A stretch of 36,662 nucleotides of DNA from Octopus bimaculoides (GCF_001194135.2 NC_068991.1:23480494-23517155), one strand, 5' to 3'. Counted from the stretch's first letter, positions 10,961-20,559 are shown. Made by a program: numbers and translations. The notes: a model not told the origin generated them from the sequence alone.

Positions 10961-11634
10961 TATTATATATTAGTGAATTCACGAAATGTCACACTCCAGC
11001 TTAGTGCTTCTAGGTTTGGTTCAAAACAAAATCAGAGTCTATCGACAAAGGAGTTACTAATTCATCCCACAATATATCACGTCAGAACTGCCGTCTTTCA
11101 GGGGCAACCGTCTAAATATCTCAGTCAAGTCAGCTAGCAGGCGAAGTCGAAATTTTGCGGGAAGTAATAAATAGCGGAACCCTTATATTCATTTCGTTTA
11201 CTGCCCTCCACTCTGAGAGTTAGTCTGCATATATTAGTCCTACAAATACTTGGCTGGATCCAGGGAAAATATTATAATTCAACACTCCGATCGAATACAC
11301 GTACAATTTACAAGCCCGTGGTGACATGTTGTACACTTCCCCAACCCAGCCTATGCCAGCTGGTCTATTGGTCCTTCAAAAATGCAACTGGATCCATAAA
11401 AATAGTTCTAATTCAATAAAATAGCTAAGTGTTTGTTTAGATCCTATTTATAACAAACGCAACAGGCTGCGCATTAGCTTAATCCAGACTTGTGTTTATT
11501 TTATCAGGGGGATGAAATATCGGTCTGCGCCATCAGGATTTTTAACTCAAAATGTTGAAAAACGAAATTAAAAACTGTAAAGCATTTAATCCAACGTTCT
11601 ATTGTGTCTGTCAAGCCACCTTCACATAAAACTA

Positions 11635-12060
11635 GTAATTACTCCAGTCGACGAGGAAAACCTCAACGCGGTCGCTTACGTCCTAGAAATAGCAGCCAAA
11701 TGTTCCTCGGATTACATGTCTCACATTAAGGAATATTAGATATTATAGTATTACATACTTCTAACAAAACGACATGGTCATAGTTGGAATGCCTGTTGCT
11801 CATGGATCTGCCCGATTAGTGTTTGCCAAGCACTAAACAACGATGAGTGATTACACAAACCAAAGAAGGAACATCTACACATTCACTCGACTTGCTAGAA
11901 ATAGCAACCCAATCTCTATCAAAACTCTACTAAAAAAATAAAAGTGGGGAAGGAGACAATGATAAAGCATACAATATACCTGAATAAAAAACAGTGAACT
12001 CCACCGATCTACTTGATCAGAGCTAACCAGGGGTTAAATAACATTAAAAAAAAACATTAT
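11635..12060 (+). mobile_element. Two SINE family 3 copies in COG2 intron 1
   Basis: ctagaaatagcagccaaa / gctagaaatagcaacccaat motifs; gcactaaacaac / gggttaaataac ends. Confidence 0.6.
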
Positions 12061-12159
12061 AACATCTATAAGATTGCCAAGATCTAGTGTATATTAACAA
12101 AATGTTCGCACTGGAGTAATGTTCCTATTCACATAAAGGTTAATCAATCAGGAAGTTAC

Positions 12160-12240
12160 CTTCATGAAGTCATCTTTGTCGAAGCAGAGAGTAGCTGGAC
12201 CGCTAGGAAGTGTCAACGGTTTTGCAGTATCTCCAGACAT
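12160..12240 (-). CDS. COG2: COG2 first coding exon (conserved oligomeric Golgi complex subunit 2)
   Basis: ATG at 12240, MSGDTAKPLTLPSGPATLCFDKDDFMK, then donor gtaact. 81 nt, phase 0. Human: MEKSRMNLPKGPDTLCFDKDEFMK. Confidence 0.95.
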
Positions 12241-12525
12241 ATTGATTCTATTTCTTTTTCTTCTTTGCTCTTTGTTGTTTTGACCTCAAGATATATTAAG
12301 AATGGAATGTAAGTATTTACAGCAGCTCATTGAAGTCTATTTACATGAGTGGAGGAGAACCAGTTATGTATTTGTTGACAACCGACATTACAAGAGTTGT
12401 GATTTGGCACCTCCCACATTTCAGTCTCCTTCAACAGGAGAACAAACCACTCTAGCAATAATCAACCGGTGTAACTGTATATTTGTCTTCTCTTATAATT
12501 CATTCACATCTAAGATACACTAATG

Positions 12526-12743
12526 CAGTGTTTCTCAACTATTTTTTTGCCTCACGTTCCACTTTGATTTTCCAAAAACCATGTGCACCACTGTGAATGG
12601 ACAAAGTGTTTGCATTTAAAAATTCAAAAGAAATTTCAATTAAAGCTTTCCTGCAAGTTTTATTCACTTTTTACAAATTTACGTTCCATTCTTAAGTCTA
12701 CACTCTTCCAAAATATTGCCATGGCCCACCTTTAGAAAAACTG
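12526..12743. mobile_element. hAT-like MITE
   Basis: cagtgtttctcaac...tttagaaaaactg termini; flanking 8-mers cactaatg / caccaaag (6/8). Confidence 0.55.
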
Positions 12744-13164
12744 CACCAAAGAAACATTAAATCAACCTCCAGTATCTTATAGATACTTTATTTTCTCGAT
12801 TCCTGAAGGATGAAAGGTGAAATTATTCTATTATTATTTTATTCACATCTAAGATAGTCTGTAGAAATATCAAAACGACCAGTACTTAACTAATATTTTA
12901 TCTACCCTCAGGATGGATGAAAGTTTTATAATTCTATTCGCTTTTTAGATGCATTATATTTATATTTAATCGATCATCAATACTTGATTAGTAATTTATT
13001 TTATTGATCCTGGAAAAATGAAAGGTCATGTTGACCTCGACGGAGTTTGAACTGAAAATTTAAAAGGCTGTAACGAAATAATATAAAGTCATAATTATCA
13101 TCATATCGTTCAGTATTTACTACGTTTTATTATTTCAAAATATTGTTGTGTTAGTATTACGAAG

Positions 13165-13315
13165 CTAATTACGTATAAGACAAGCATGTGGTGGCTTCGC
13201 GTTCGATTCCTCTTCACGGCATTTTGGGCAGGTGTCTTTTTATCATAATCTCGGGTCAGTTAAAGCCTTATAAGTAAAATTTGATAGACGGAAATTATGT
13301 GGAAGTCCGTTGCAG
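13165..13315 (+). mobile_element. SINE family 1, 5' half, CpG-retaining copy
   Basis: gttcgattcc B-box; attttgggcaggtgtc; gacggaaatt. Contains 8 CpG. Confidence 0.7.
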
Positions 13316-13329
13316 GAACCATTCCTCTT

Positions 13330-13465
13330 CTTGGATGATGAACTTAAACAGCCACCCAGTTTTACACCATCGCCTTGCTCCTTGGGTGTCTTTAGCGAAT
13401 CCATTCTATTGCAAGCATTTGGATTAGGTTTCTCTGTCTGGGTATAACTTCCTTCGCTCCCCTCC
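13330..13465. repeat. Unclassified dispersed repeat (second copy at 19745-19875)
   Basis: ctccttgggtgtcttt...cattctattgcaagcatttgg...ataacttccttc vs gtccttgggtagggggtgccttt...cattctgttgctagcatttgg...ataacttccttc. Confidence 0.6.
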
Positions 13466-13569
13466 AAAACCCTAAAAAAGGGTGGTCGTTGCTGACTTTC
13501 CTCTTCCGACTTAGCTATTAAAAACTAAAGTTGGAGAGGGGGGGGGGGAAACCTGAACTAGTATGAAAT

Positions 13570-13743
13570 GATTCGGTGAGGCTGTCGCGACAGAACAACT
13601 AGAGTTATCGTTCCTTAACACAGGCATCCTAGTTACGATATAAACTTTGCAAAACTTGCTTTATTCCCGATAAAAATTACCATAATACTTGATATAATGA
13701 TGCTTATGTTTGACGATGGATTTTACTTGCTGGAAACTCACAG
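13570..13743 (+). other. SPATA7: Putative first (mostly 5' UTR) exon of SPATA7-like gene; start coordinate approximate
   Basis: Good donor CAG|gttagt at 13743/13744 inside the CpG-rich zone. The downstream exon at 17353 has a proper acceptor and so needs an upstream exon. Confidence 0.4.
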
Positions 13744-13904
13744 GTTAGTTGATTCCTTCTTGTTTTTTTACTTTATTTCAATGGGTTTGTAATTTGTCTA
13801 CACACGAAAAGACGAACGATTTATAACTAACGCTAATGGTTTCTATGTAAACTACTAAAATATTCATGGACGTTTTGTCCACGAATCAGTTTCGATTTCC
13901 AGGT

Positions 13905-14150
13905 GTGTCTTGTTTGATATCCGTATCAGATGCCTTTAGGAACAGTTAGGGATCTTCTTTCTGCTTAAAACAACAGCCAACTCTCCCTCAAACCAAACTC
14001 TATCATCTTTAAAAAAGTTGAAGGCCGCATTTGAAAAAGTCGTCGAGACCTTATATTTCTGCTAAAAAAAAAAAAAAGAAAGAAATACGACATGGAATCT
14101 TGGTTTGTACACCTCTGATCATAAATGTACTCAACCAATATAAAGTACTA
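13905..14150 (+). mobile_element. SINE family 3 copy
   Basis: aacagccaactctccctcaaacc...catggaatcttggtttg, matching other family-3 copies. Confidence 0.5.
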
Positions 14151-14501
14151 GTCAAGTACTGTGGTCAATTTATTATTCCTAAAAAAATTTCCAGATGAAA
14201 ATAGAATTGTCTGTTCGGCGACCGCGCAAGAATCCTCTTTCTTTTATCGTGTGCTATGATCATATTGTTTTGCCGAGGGATTTTTAGGGAGTGCGTTAGA
14301 CTTTCTGTACCAGCCAGTTTTTAAGTTTTAAATTTTGAAAGCCCCGAACTTCTTAACATGGTTATGGTTAAAATATTGGGGTGGGAATTGATAAAATAGA
14401 ATAAATTTTTCATAACAAAATGATGAGTTTTTATTTTTTTATCAGAAACTTATTAAATTTTAGCTCCTTTGCAGACACAAACTTCATTCTAGATTCTAGA
14501 T

Positions 14502-14666
14502 CAGTGGTTCTCAGCCTGGGGTCCGCGGACCCCTGGTGGTCCGCAAAGGTCGTACTGGGGTCCGTGAACTAAATTCAAAATTTCATATAAAGACATACAT
14601 AAGGATAAGCATATTAAAAGGGGTCCTTGAGAAAACGCATTTAAATAAAAGCGTTGGGAATCACTG
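14502..14666. mobile_element. hAT (Charlie-like) MITE with perfect 8-bp TSD
   Basis: TIR cagtggttctca...tgggaatcactg. TTCTAGAT at 14494-14501 and 14667-14674, fitting the NTCTAGAN target. Internal palindrome ggggtccgcggacccc at 14518-14533. Confidence 0.9.
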
Positions 14667-14818
14667 TTCTAGATGAATGTGTTTTGAGAGCTAAGTAAAT
14701 ACCCAGTTCCATTAATTTTTTTATTTACTTATTGAGTCTGGAAGAAGGGGCAGTGGCCACGACTCTTGTAGGCCCTCTTAGACTGCTGAATTTGATGTCA
14801 TTAATGTTCCAGTTAAGC

Positions 14819-15086
14819 TAGTGGTTCTCAACCAGAGACCATATGACCCTTGGAGGGTTCATATAAGATATTTTTGTTAAAATGTAAGTGCAGTAAATTT
14901 CTTATACCTTTACAATACACCAAATATCTTCATAATTAAAAAAAATTTTTTTTTAGGCAATTCATAATAATACTTAATTCTAAAAATATCATGGGATTTT
15001 TTTAAACATTGAATGGCTATGAGGGTTCACCTGAGTAAGATAGGAATCAAAGGGGTCCATAAGCAAAAAATGGTTGAGAACCACTG
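14819..15086. mobile_element. hAT (Charlie-like) MITE
   Basis: tagtggttctcaacc...ggttgagaaccactg TIRs; degenerate TSD agttaagc / gtttaaac. Confidence 0.8.
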
Positions 15087-15124
15087 GTTTAAACTCTTCA
15101 ACACCTACAGGAAAGACAAGAGTG

Positions 15125-15700
15125 AAGAGAAAATTCTAGAGGATCAATACTCAGGGGAAGGACTGAATGTAAAAGCTAGTGTGAGAAAAGGGTAGTTAGA
15201 CCTGGTTAGAGTGATGAAAGTGAGAAGACAAGTAGATCGGGGTACCTGAGTGGTGGGGTAAAAGATCAGCCAGACCCAATGAATAGAGGTGATTATAGTA
15301 GTGATAGAAGAACGAGAGATACAAAACAGCTCTCCTGTGGGTTAGAGGTTACAGTGTGTCCATTACTGCTTGAATTCCATTTAATTGAGTTGCCCTTCAC
15401 TGGATGTAGTCCAACATGTTTGTGTGTAACAGTAGCATTGTTCCAGATGCGATATCCACTTAAGCAATGTAGAGTGCCAGCAGTTGTTTGGAGCTAAAAA
15501 TATTTTCTAGCCCTAAAGAGAAAAGCTGGTCTTTGAGATGTGGTCCTAACTCTGTTAAGGTATATTTTTGTCTTCAGAGATCTTTGATGATAGTGAGTGA
15601 GGCCCACTAACCCTAACCATCAGTTGAAGAGACAGTGAGGGTCTAGTTGAGTGCCATTCATATTCAGTGGAGGTAGCCATAACTACGATTTGGTGTCTCC
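15125..15700 (-). mobile_element. CR1/Jockey-group LINE fragment (RT C-terminal region), heavily mutated
   Basis: Minus strand reads FLFRARKYF-SSKQLLALY...MLDYIQ*RATQLNG...L*PLTHRRAVLYLSFFYHYYN, resembling the LDRIQRRA...PLxHRRxV..LFYRYY pattern. Confidence 0.6.
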
Positions 15701-15775
15701 CTCTCCCACCTATTTTGTTTCCTCATCATAATAATCCGTTCTACTAAAGGCACACAGCCTGAAATTTGTGAAGAA

Positions 15776-15948
15776 GGGGCTGGTCGATTACATCAACCCC
15801 AGTACTCCACTGGTGCTTATTTTTTTGACCCTAAAAGGATGAAAGGCAAAGTTCACCTTGGCAGAATTTGAACTCAGAACATAAAGACAAATGAAATGCC
15901 ATGAAGCATTTTCCCCAGTGTGCTAACATTTCTGCCAGTTTGTTGTCT
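15776..15948 (-). mobile_element. SINE family 2 (minus member of an inverted pair)
   Basis: ggatgaaaggcaaagtt...aatttgaactcagaac...tgctaacatttctgccag. Confidence 0.85.
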
Positions 15949-15986
15949 TATTATTTTTCTTCATAATAATAATAATAACGGCTTTT

Positions 15987-16200
15987 AAAGTGGTAAGCTG
16001 ACAGAACCATTAGTATGCTGGGCAAAATGCTTAGTGGCATTTCATCTGTCTTTACATTCTGAGTTCAAATTCCTCTGAGGTTGACTTTGCCTTTCATCCT
16101 TTTGGGGACAATAAAATAAGTACCAGTTGAGCAGAGGTTGATTTAATTGACTTAACCCCACCCCTGAAATTGCTGGCCTTGTGCCAAAATTTGAAACCAT
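15987..16200 (+). mobile_element. SINE family 2 (plus member of an inverted pair)
   Basis: aagtggtaagctgacagaa...ttctgagttcaaatt...gactttgcctttcatcc...aagtaccagttg...caaaatttgaaacc. Confidence 0.85.
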
Positions 16201-16619
16201 TAATAATGGTTTTTGTAATGAAATTTTACTGTGGAGAAGAAATATGATGAGGTAATGAGCAGGGTGGCAAGTCTCACCCAGGAATGGGCTGAGAGAAAGC
16301 TATCTATGAAAGGCAGGGCAGAGATGGTAAACATCTACACTGCCTCCATCAACTATTACTCCTGATCGTTGAGCCTTGCCCCCGTTCATATCTGAACTAC
16401 ACTGCCACATTTAGTTGTTCATTCTTTTTCTCTTTTTTTTTTTGTGCGTGTGTGTAAAAGAAAACTTTCCACAGACCAAACACTCCATTTGCTGTCAACA
16501 CTCACTGAGTAGACTACACGAAATTTGATACATTCTCAGTGGTGAAATGTGTCCCTTTGCCAGTGCTACCATAATAGAACTGTTCTAGCAAGAACTGTTG
16601 GTCAAATCTCTCCCCCCCC

Positions 16620-16651
16620 NNNNNNNNNNNNNNNNNNNNNNNNNNNNNNNN
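16620..16651. other. Assembly gap followed by (TA)n
   Basis: 32 N after a poly-C run. Confidence 1.
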
Positions 16652-16702
<51 letters not shown>

Positions 16703-17378
16703 TTCTCTAACTTACCACCTTTTTCACATTTGCTATGTCTCTTATTCCCTCTTTAATCTCTTTCTGTCCTGTCTTTTATTTGCACATCTCTCTCTGATTA
16801 TCACATTGCTTAATACACACAAATATGCACACATACAAATACACAAACTTGTGTTGTCTTCTTATAGTTAGTCGTCAAACATGTAAGTTACACACATGCT
16901 TTTTTTTTTCTGACTTTCTGCTTCTATCTCCTTTTCCTCCTTCTTTCTCCTCTTCTCCAGACTTTTCTCTACATATCTGATGGAGAGCTTTGCCTCAACT
17001 TTGTAACATTTTTTCTTTGAGCACCAAACTAATAACATTCACTGTGAATGTCCCATGGACTGTTGTTGTTTTTATATTTGAATTTGTTGTTTGTTATAGA
17101 TTTGTGTATGAACGCGTGTGTGTTTGTGTGTGTATGTATTAACACCTTCATTAATCCAGAACTTTGAATAAAGGTATGTACTATATGCATTCATTTATTT
17201 TTTTTTTAAATTTGTTAGCCAAGACATTTGTGTGAGTGTTATGTGTGTATATGTACACGTACACACACATATGCATAAGCACATACATATGTGCATACAC
17301 ACACATGCACAAACATTTATATACTCATTACAAATTATTTCTATTTGAACAGAATAAATATGATTTAATATTCCAACA

Positions 17379-17418
17379 ATGACAGGAACAAAAAGAAGTA
17401 CCCTTTTACAAAGTAGCT
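17379..17418 (+). CDS. SPATA7: SPATA7-like probable first coding exon (exon boundary at 17353; ATG at 17379)
   Basis: Acceptor ttatttctatttgaacag at 17352; in-frame upstream stops; acaATGa context. Encodes MTGTKRSTLLQSS+T, then donor gtgagt; phase 1, compatible with the next exon. Only weak similarity to human KGHLSTKSNA. Confidence 0.6.
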
Positions 17419-17954
17419 GTGAGTATATATGCACATATATGTTTGCTTCTCTCTCTCTCTCTCTCTCTCTCTCTATGTATATATATATATATATACATAT
17501 TGATCTATCATTGATTTTCCTTCATCAATTTGATGTTTTGTGCTTGTTATCTCTAAGTATTAGAAAATCAATTTGCAGTTGAACTGACAGAGTTTCAATC
17601 GAGTTAGCTCAGTATTCATTAATAATTTATATTACAGAAATAGAGAGTCAAAGTATATGTATTGTAGAATTTCATTTCATCTTTCTCGGTTTCATGTTGT
17701 AATCTTTATTGACTGAACTTTTACCTTTGGGACCAGTGAGGGAGTGGGCATTCACTAAAAGGAATAATACCAGTATAATAGTGAAATGAGACGGGAGAAT
17801 GAAACTAGTGCTGGCCAGTGTCAGAAATATTAATTATAAGAAGTTTGTGAATGGGAATAGATTATTTTGTTTAGTCATGGATGGGTCATTTTGCCAATAA
17901 GAAACATCTGCCCTGGTTCTATTTCACTTCATTTATTATTATTAGTCAACTAAG

Positions 17955-18170
17955 ATGGTAGCAAGCTGACAGAATTGTTAGCACACCAGACAAAATACTT
18001 AGCTGCATTTCTTCTAGTTTTACATTCTAAGTTCAAATGCTGCTGAGGTCAACTTTGCTTTTCATCCTTTCAGGGTTGATAGAATAAGTCCCAATTGAGT
18101 CCTGGGATTGATGTAATCAACTAGCTCCGTACCCCAAAATTTCAGGCTTGTGCCTATAGTAGAAAGGATT
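17955..18170 (+). mobile_element. SINE family 2, full length
   Basis: aagatggtagcaagctgacagaa...gttcaaat...ctttgcttttcatcctttc...gtagaaaggatt. Confidence 0.85.
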
Positions 18171-18181
18171 ACTTTCAGTCA

Positions 18182-18340
18182 ATTAGTTAACAATTTAACC
18201 AGTTAATTAATCAATTATTTGAGTAATCATTCAGTCAGTCAATTGTGACTATGATGAACCTAGTTGATTGATTGACTGACTGAATGATTAATCAAACAAT
18301 CAATTAGTTAATTGGTTAAATTTTCTACTAGTTAACTAAT
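18182..18340. repeat. Long imperfect inverted repeat (foldback)
   Basis: Arms at 18182-18243 and 18271-18340; about 60 paired positions with one 8-nt bulge; innermost 20 bp perfect. Confidence 0.85.
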
Positions 18341-18401
18341 AATAATAAAAGAAGTGAAATAAAATGAGTGCATGTGTTTACTATTGGCAGAATCCCCCCC
18401 C

Positions 18402-18411
18402 NNNNNNNNNN
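18402..18411. other. Assembly gap
   Basis: 10 N between poly-C and cc; true size unknown. Confidence 1.
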
Positions 18412-18413
18412 CC

Positions 18414-18536
18414 GCCAATACAACTAAGTCTATTTCAACACATGATTTCATATCAAGAATCTTGAAAACCAAATACAAAAGCAAAATGAATTATTTATGC
18501 CCAAAGAAAGAAGAGAAATCTAAAAATTTCAGATAG
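18414..18536 (+). pseudogene. Possible degenerate duplicate of the SPATA7 core motif
   Basis: ANTTKSISTHDFISRILKTKYKSKMNYLCPKKEEKSKNFR* vs the exon sequence EKAFIPRILKTSKKSLLSECKYYNPPKFRKSK. DNA ttcatatcaagaatcttgaaaacca vs ttcatacctaggatcctgaaaacca (21/25). Confidence 0.4.
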
Positions 18537-18739
18537 ATTTCTTCATCAGAGATGAAATCTGAGGTTGGTTCAATTAACAACAGCTGCTCTTCTAGCAGAA
18601 CTGAAAAGAAGTATTATGTCTATTACGAAATTGGTTTAACACCCACTGCAGAGTCTGCCTTTCCAGGAGGGCCTGCTATTCTGAATTGGGTTCACTATAG
18701 TGTCTAAGACTCTTCCCAAGTCATATAGACTCAGATCCT

Positions 18740-18912
18740 GGATAAGATACTGGTCTGTCACAGAGTTATTCATTTTTGCCAGCTGAGTATATTGCAGCAA
18801 TGTGAAATGAGGTGTTTTGCTCAAGAACACAACACATCACCTGGTCAAGGAATCATAACCACAATCTTACGATCATGAGTCCAACACCCTAACCACTCAG
18901 CCACCTGCCTCC
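18740..18912 (-). mobile_element. tRNA-derived SINE (family 4)
   Basis: Reverse: ggaggcaggtggctgagtggttagggtgttggactc...gtgttcttgagcaaaacac...cactcagc-like. Confidence 0.75.
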
Positions 18913-19070
18913 ACACTACAAAGTCTACCATTCCAATATTAGCTTTAATCGCCCTCTACAGAGTCTACCATCCAAATTCCTCAATTCTAGTTAATTTCCA
19001 TGTTTATTAGAAGTTTGATCTATGTTTTCAGGCAAAGGGTGTCAATGGACATACTTTAGACTTCATCACC

Positions 19071-19310
19071 TTAACATAGTTGAACCGTATAGATACCAAC
19101 TCACCTGAGAAAACTCTTAGTCCTGATACAAACTTCCAGTTTTTAAGTGATCTGGATCAAAAACCTTCTGTCAAACATTTCTTGTTAATTTATTTCAAAA
19201 ACACTAGCTTAATAATGGCAGAGTTATTCTACTAAATTCTTCATTAGTTTTAAAATGAATTGGAATGAAGGTAGTGTATTTCAGCAGAAATATGGTAAGA
19301 AAAAGGTTAA
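19071..19310. mobile_element. piggyBac-like MITE (family P2); partial relatives near 1885-1990 and 9495-9645
   Basis: TTAA at both ends; right end aaaaggttaa. Shared internal aatttatgttccaa..caccagcttaataatg-type motif. Confidence 0.5.
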
Positions 19311-19939
19311 CCAAGTTGACAACACTTTTTAGCTAGTATAATTTGCATAATTAGAAATGAAAATGAGCTAAAGAGAAATAATTCTAGTGGCTTCAGTTGC
19401 ATGAATTTGGAGAAGTTTTAAAGAGAATATTATACTCTAATTAATTTATGTCTTCTGAGGAATAATTATTGCCAATGTAGACCATCATTAATTTGCTTGC
19501 CTTCTATAAACAGCAAATTAGCAGTCATTTGAACATTGAACAATATATGTTGTATTTTTTCTGGCTCTCTGTGGTTTGAGTTCAAATTCCACTGAGGTCA
19601 GTTTTGCTTTGCATCCTCTCAAGATCAATAAAATAATGAATAAATCCAGGGCAATGGATTGGCAGAATGGTTAAAGTGTCAGATGAGATGTTTTGCAATA
19701 TTTGCCCATCTCCTTGTGTTCTGTGATCTTGGGTGGTAGATTTAATCCATCGCCTGGTTTAACATCACCACCCTGGTCCTTGGGTAGGGGGTGCCTTTCG
19801 TGGAGTTCATTCTGTTGCTAGCATTTGGCTCATACTTCTCCAGTTTAAGGATAACTTCCTTCTTTCAGCTTTCCTTCTGGGAGTCCAACATTGATTAGAA
19901 CCAAGAATTGGTTGTCCTGACCAATGTTAGGAGGTCTTG

Positions 19940-20212
19940 TCTCAAAAGTTATGTCTCACTGGCCCTATCTCATCACTTTAGAGGCTTTATCTCAGTAGCC
20001 CTGTCTCTGAGGCCCTTTCTCAGAAGCTCTATCTCAGTGACCCTGTCTCAGACACCCTATCTCACCAGCCATCTCAAAAGCCATATGTCAGTGGTCCTGT
20101 CTTAGAAGCCCTGTCTCAGAGGTCCTGTCTCAGGGATCTTTTTCAGCAGCCCTGTCTCCAAGGTTCATCTCAGTAGCCCTTTCTTAGAAGCCTTGTCTCA
20201 GAGTCCCTGCTC
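19940..20212. repeat. Minisatellite, 14-bp unit (approx. CCCTGTCTCAGAAG), about 19 copies
   Basis: Directly visible periodic tctca core. Confidence 0.9.
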
Positions 20213-20559
20213 TTCCCTTCCAAACTAAGCAGTAAAATAAGAAATTCCAGATTTATCCCCCAATATACCTTAAACACCTTTTACATTCTTGATGAAAACT
20301 ATCTGCATTTATTAATTCTACTAAATGTGAAATCACAGAGTCCAGTAAAACTTTGGGATTTGTGTCAGAGCGAAAGGAAAAACATTTTCTCTCTGCCATT
20401 TGAAAGGTCAATCACAAAATATTAGATTCCTCCCTTTCCTACACACAATATACAAACTATTCAAAACTCATGTATTTCACTAATATGGGTTTATTCTTCA
20501 TACCATTACAACTTTTATTGTTGCTTGTGGCTGATATTAGCTGTTCTTTCCTACTACAG

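Larger units (their letters stand above)
12241..13700. promoter_or_regulatory. Putative bidirectional promoter interval between COG2 (minus) and SPATA7-like (plus)
   Basis: Lies between divergently oriented first exons. CpG is visibly more frequent around 13000-14300 than in the gene bodies. Contains the palindrome CTGTCGCGACAG at 13582-13593. Transcription start sites cannot be fixed from sequence. Confidence 0.55.

Noticed and set aside
16975-17005. Hammerhead-like cores of Penelope-type repeats (also 25095-25115 and 31939-31972)
   Set aside because: The catalytic core is incomplete in each case: CUGAUGA is altered or the GAAA is missing, and there is no convincing stem III. At most these are decayed remnants. 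The 31939 site overlaps the candidate alternative exon's donor and is an alternative explanation for it.
17875-17940. MDGS.../WMGHFANKK segment resembling the human SPATA7 N-terminus
   Set aside because: The phase-1 frame hits a stop after MDGSFCQ, the GH-containing frame has no compatible donor, and the 17353-17418 exon fits better.
18490-18605. Minus-strand exon-like frame LLEEQLLLIEPTSDFISDEEIYLKFLDFSSFFGHK*
   Set aside because: It has no upstream partner exons or recognisable homology, and is likely the antisense shadow of the plus-strand motif copy.
18636-18830. Minus-strand ORF containing QYLIQD, reminiscent of SPATA7 family sequence
   Set aside because: It is on the wrong strand and overlaps the body of a family-4 SINE; the true orthologous segment is at 20560-20649.
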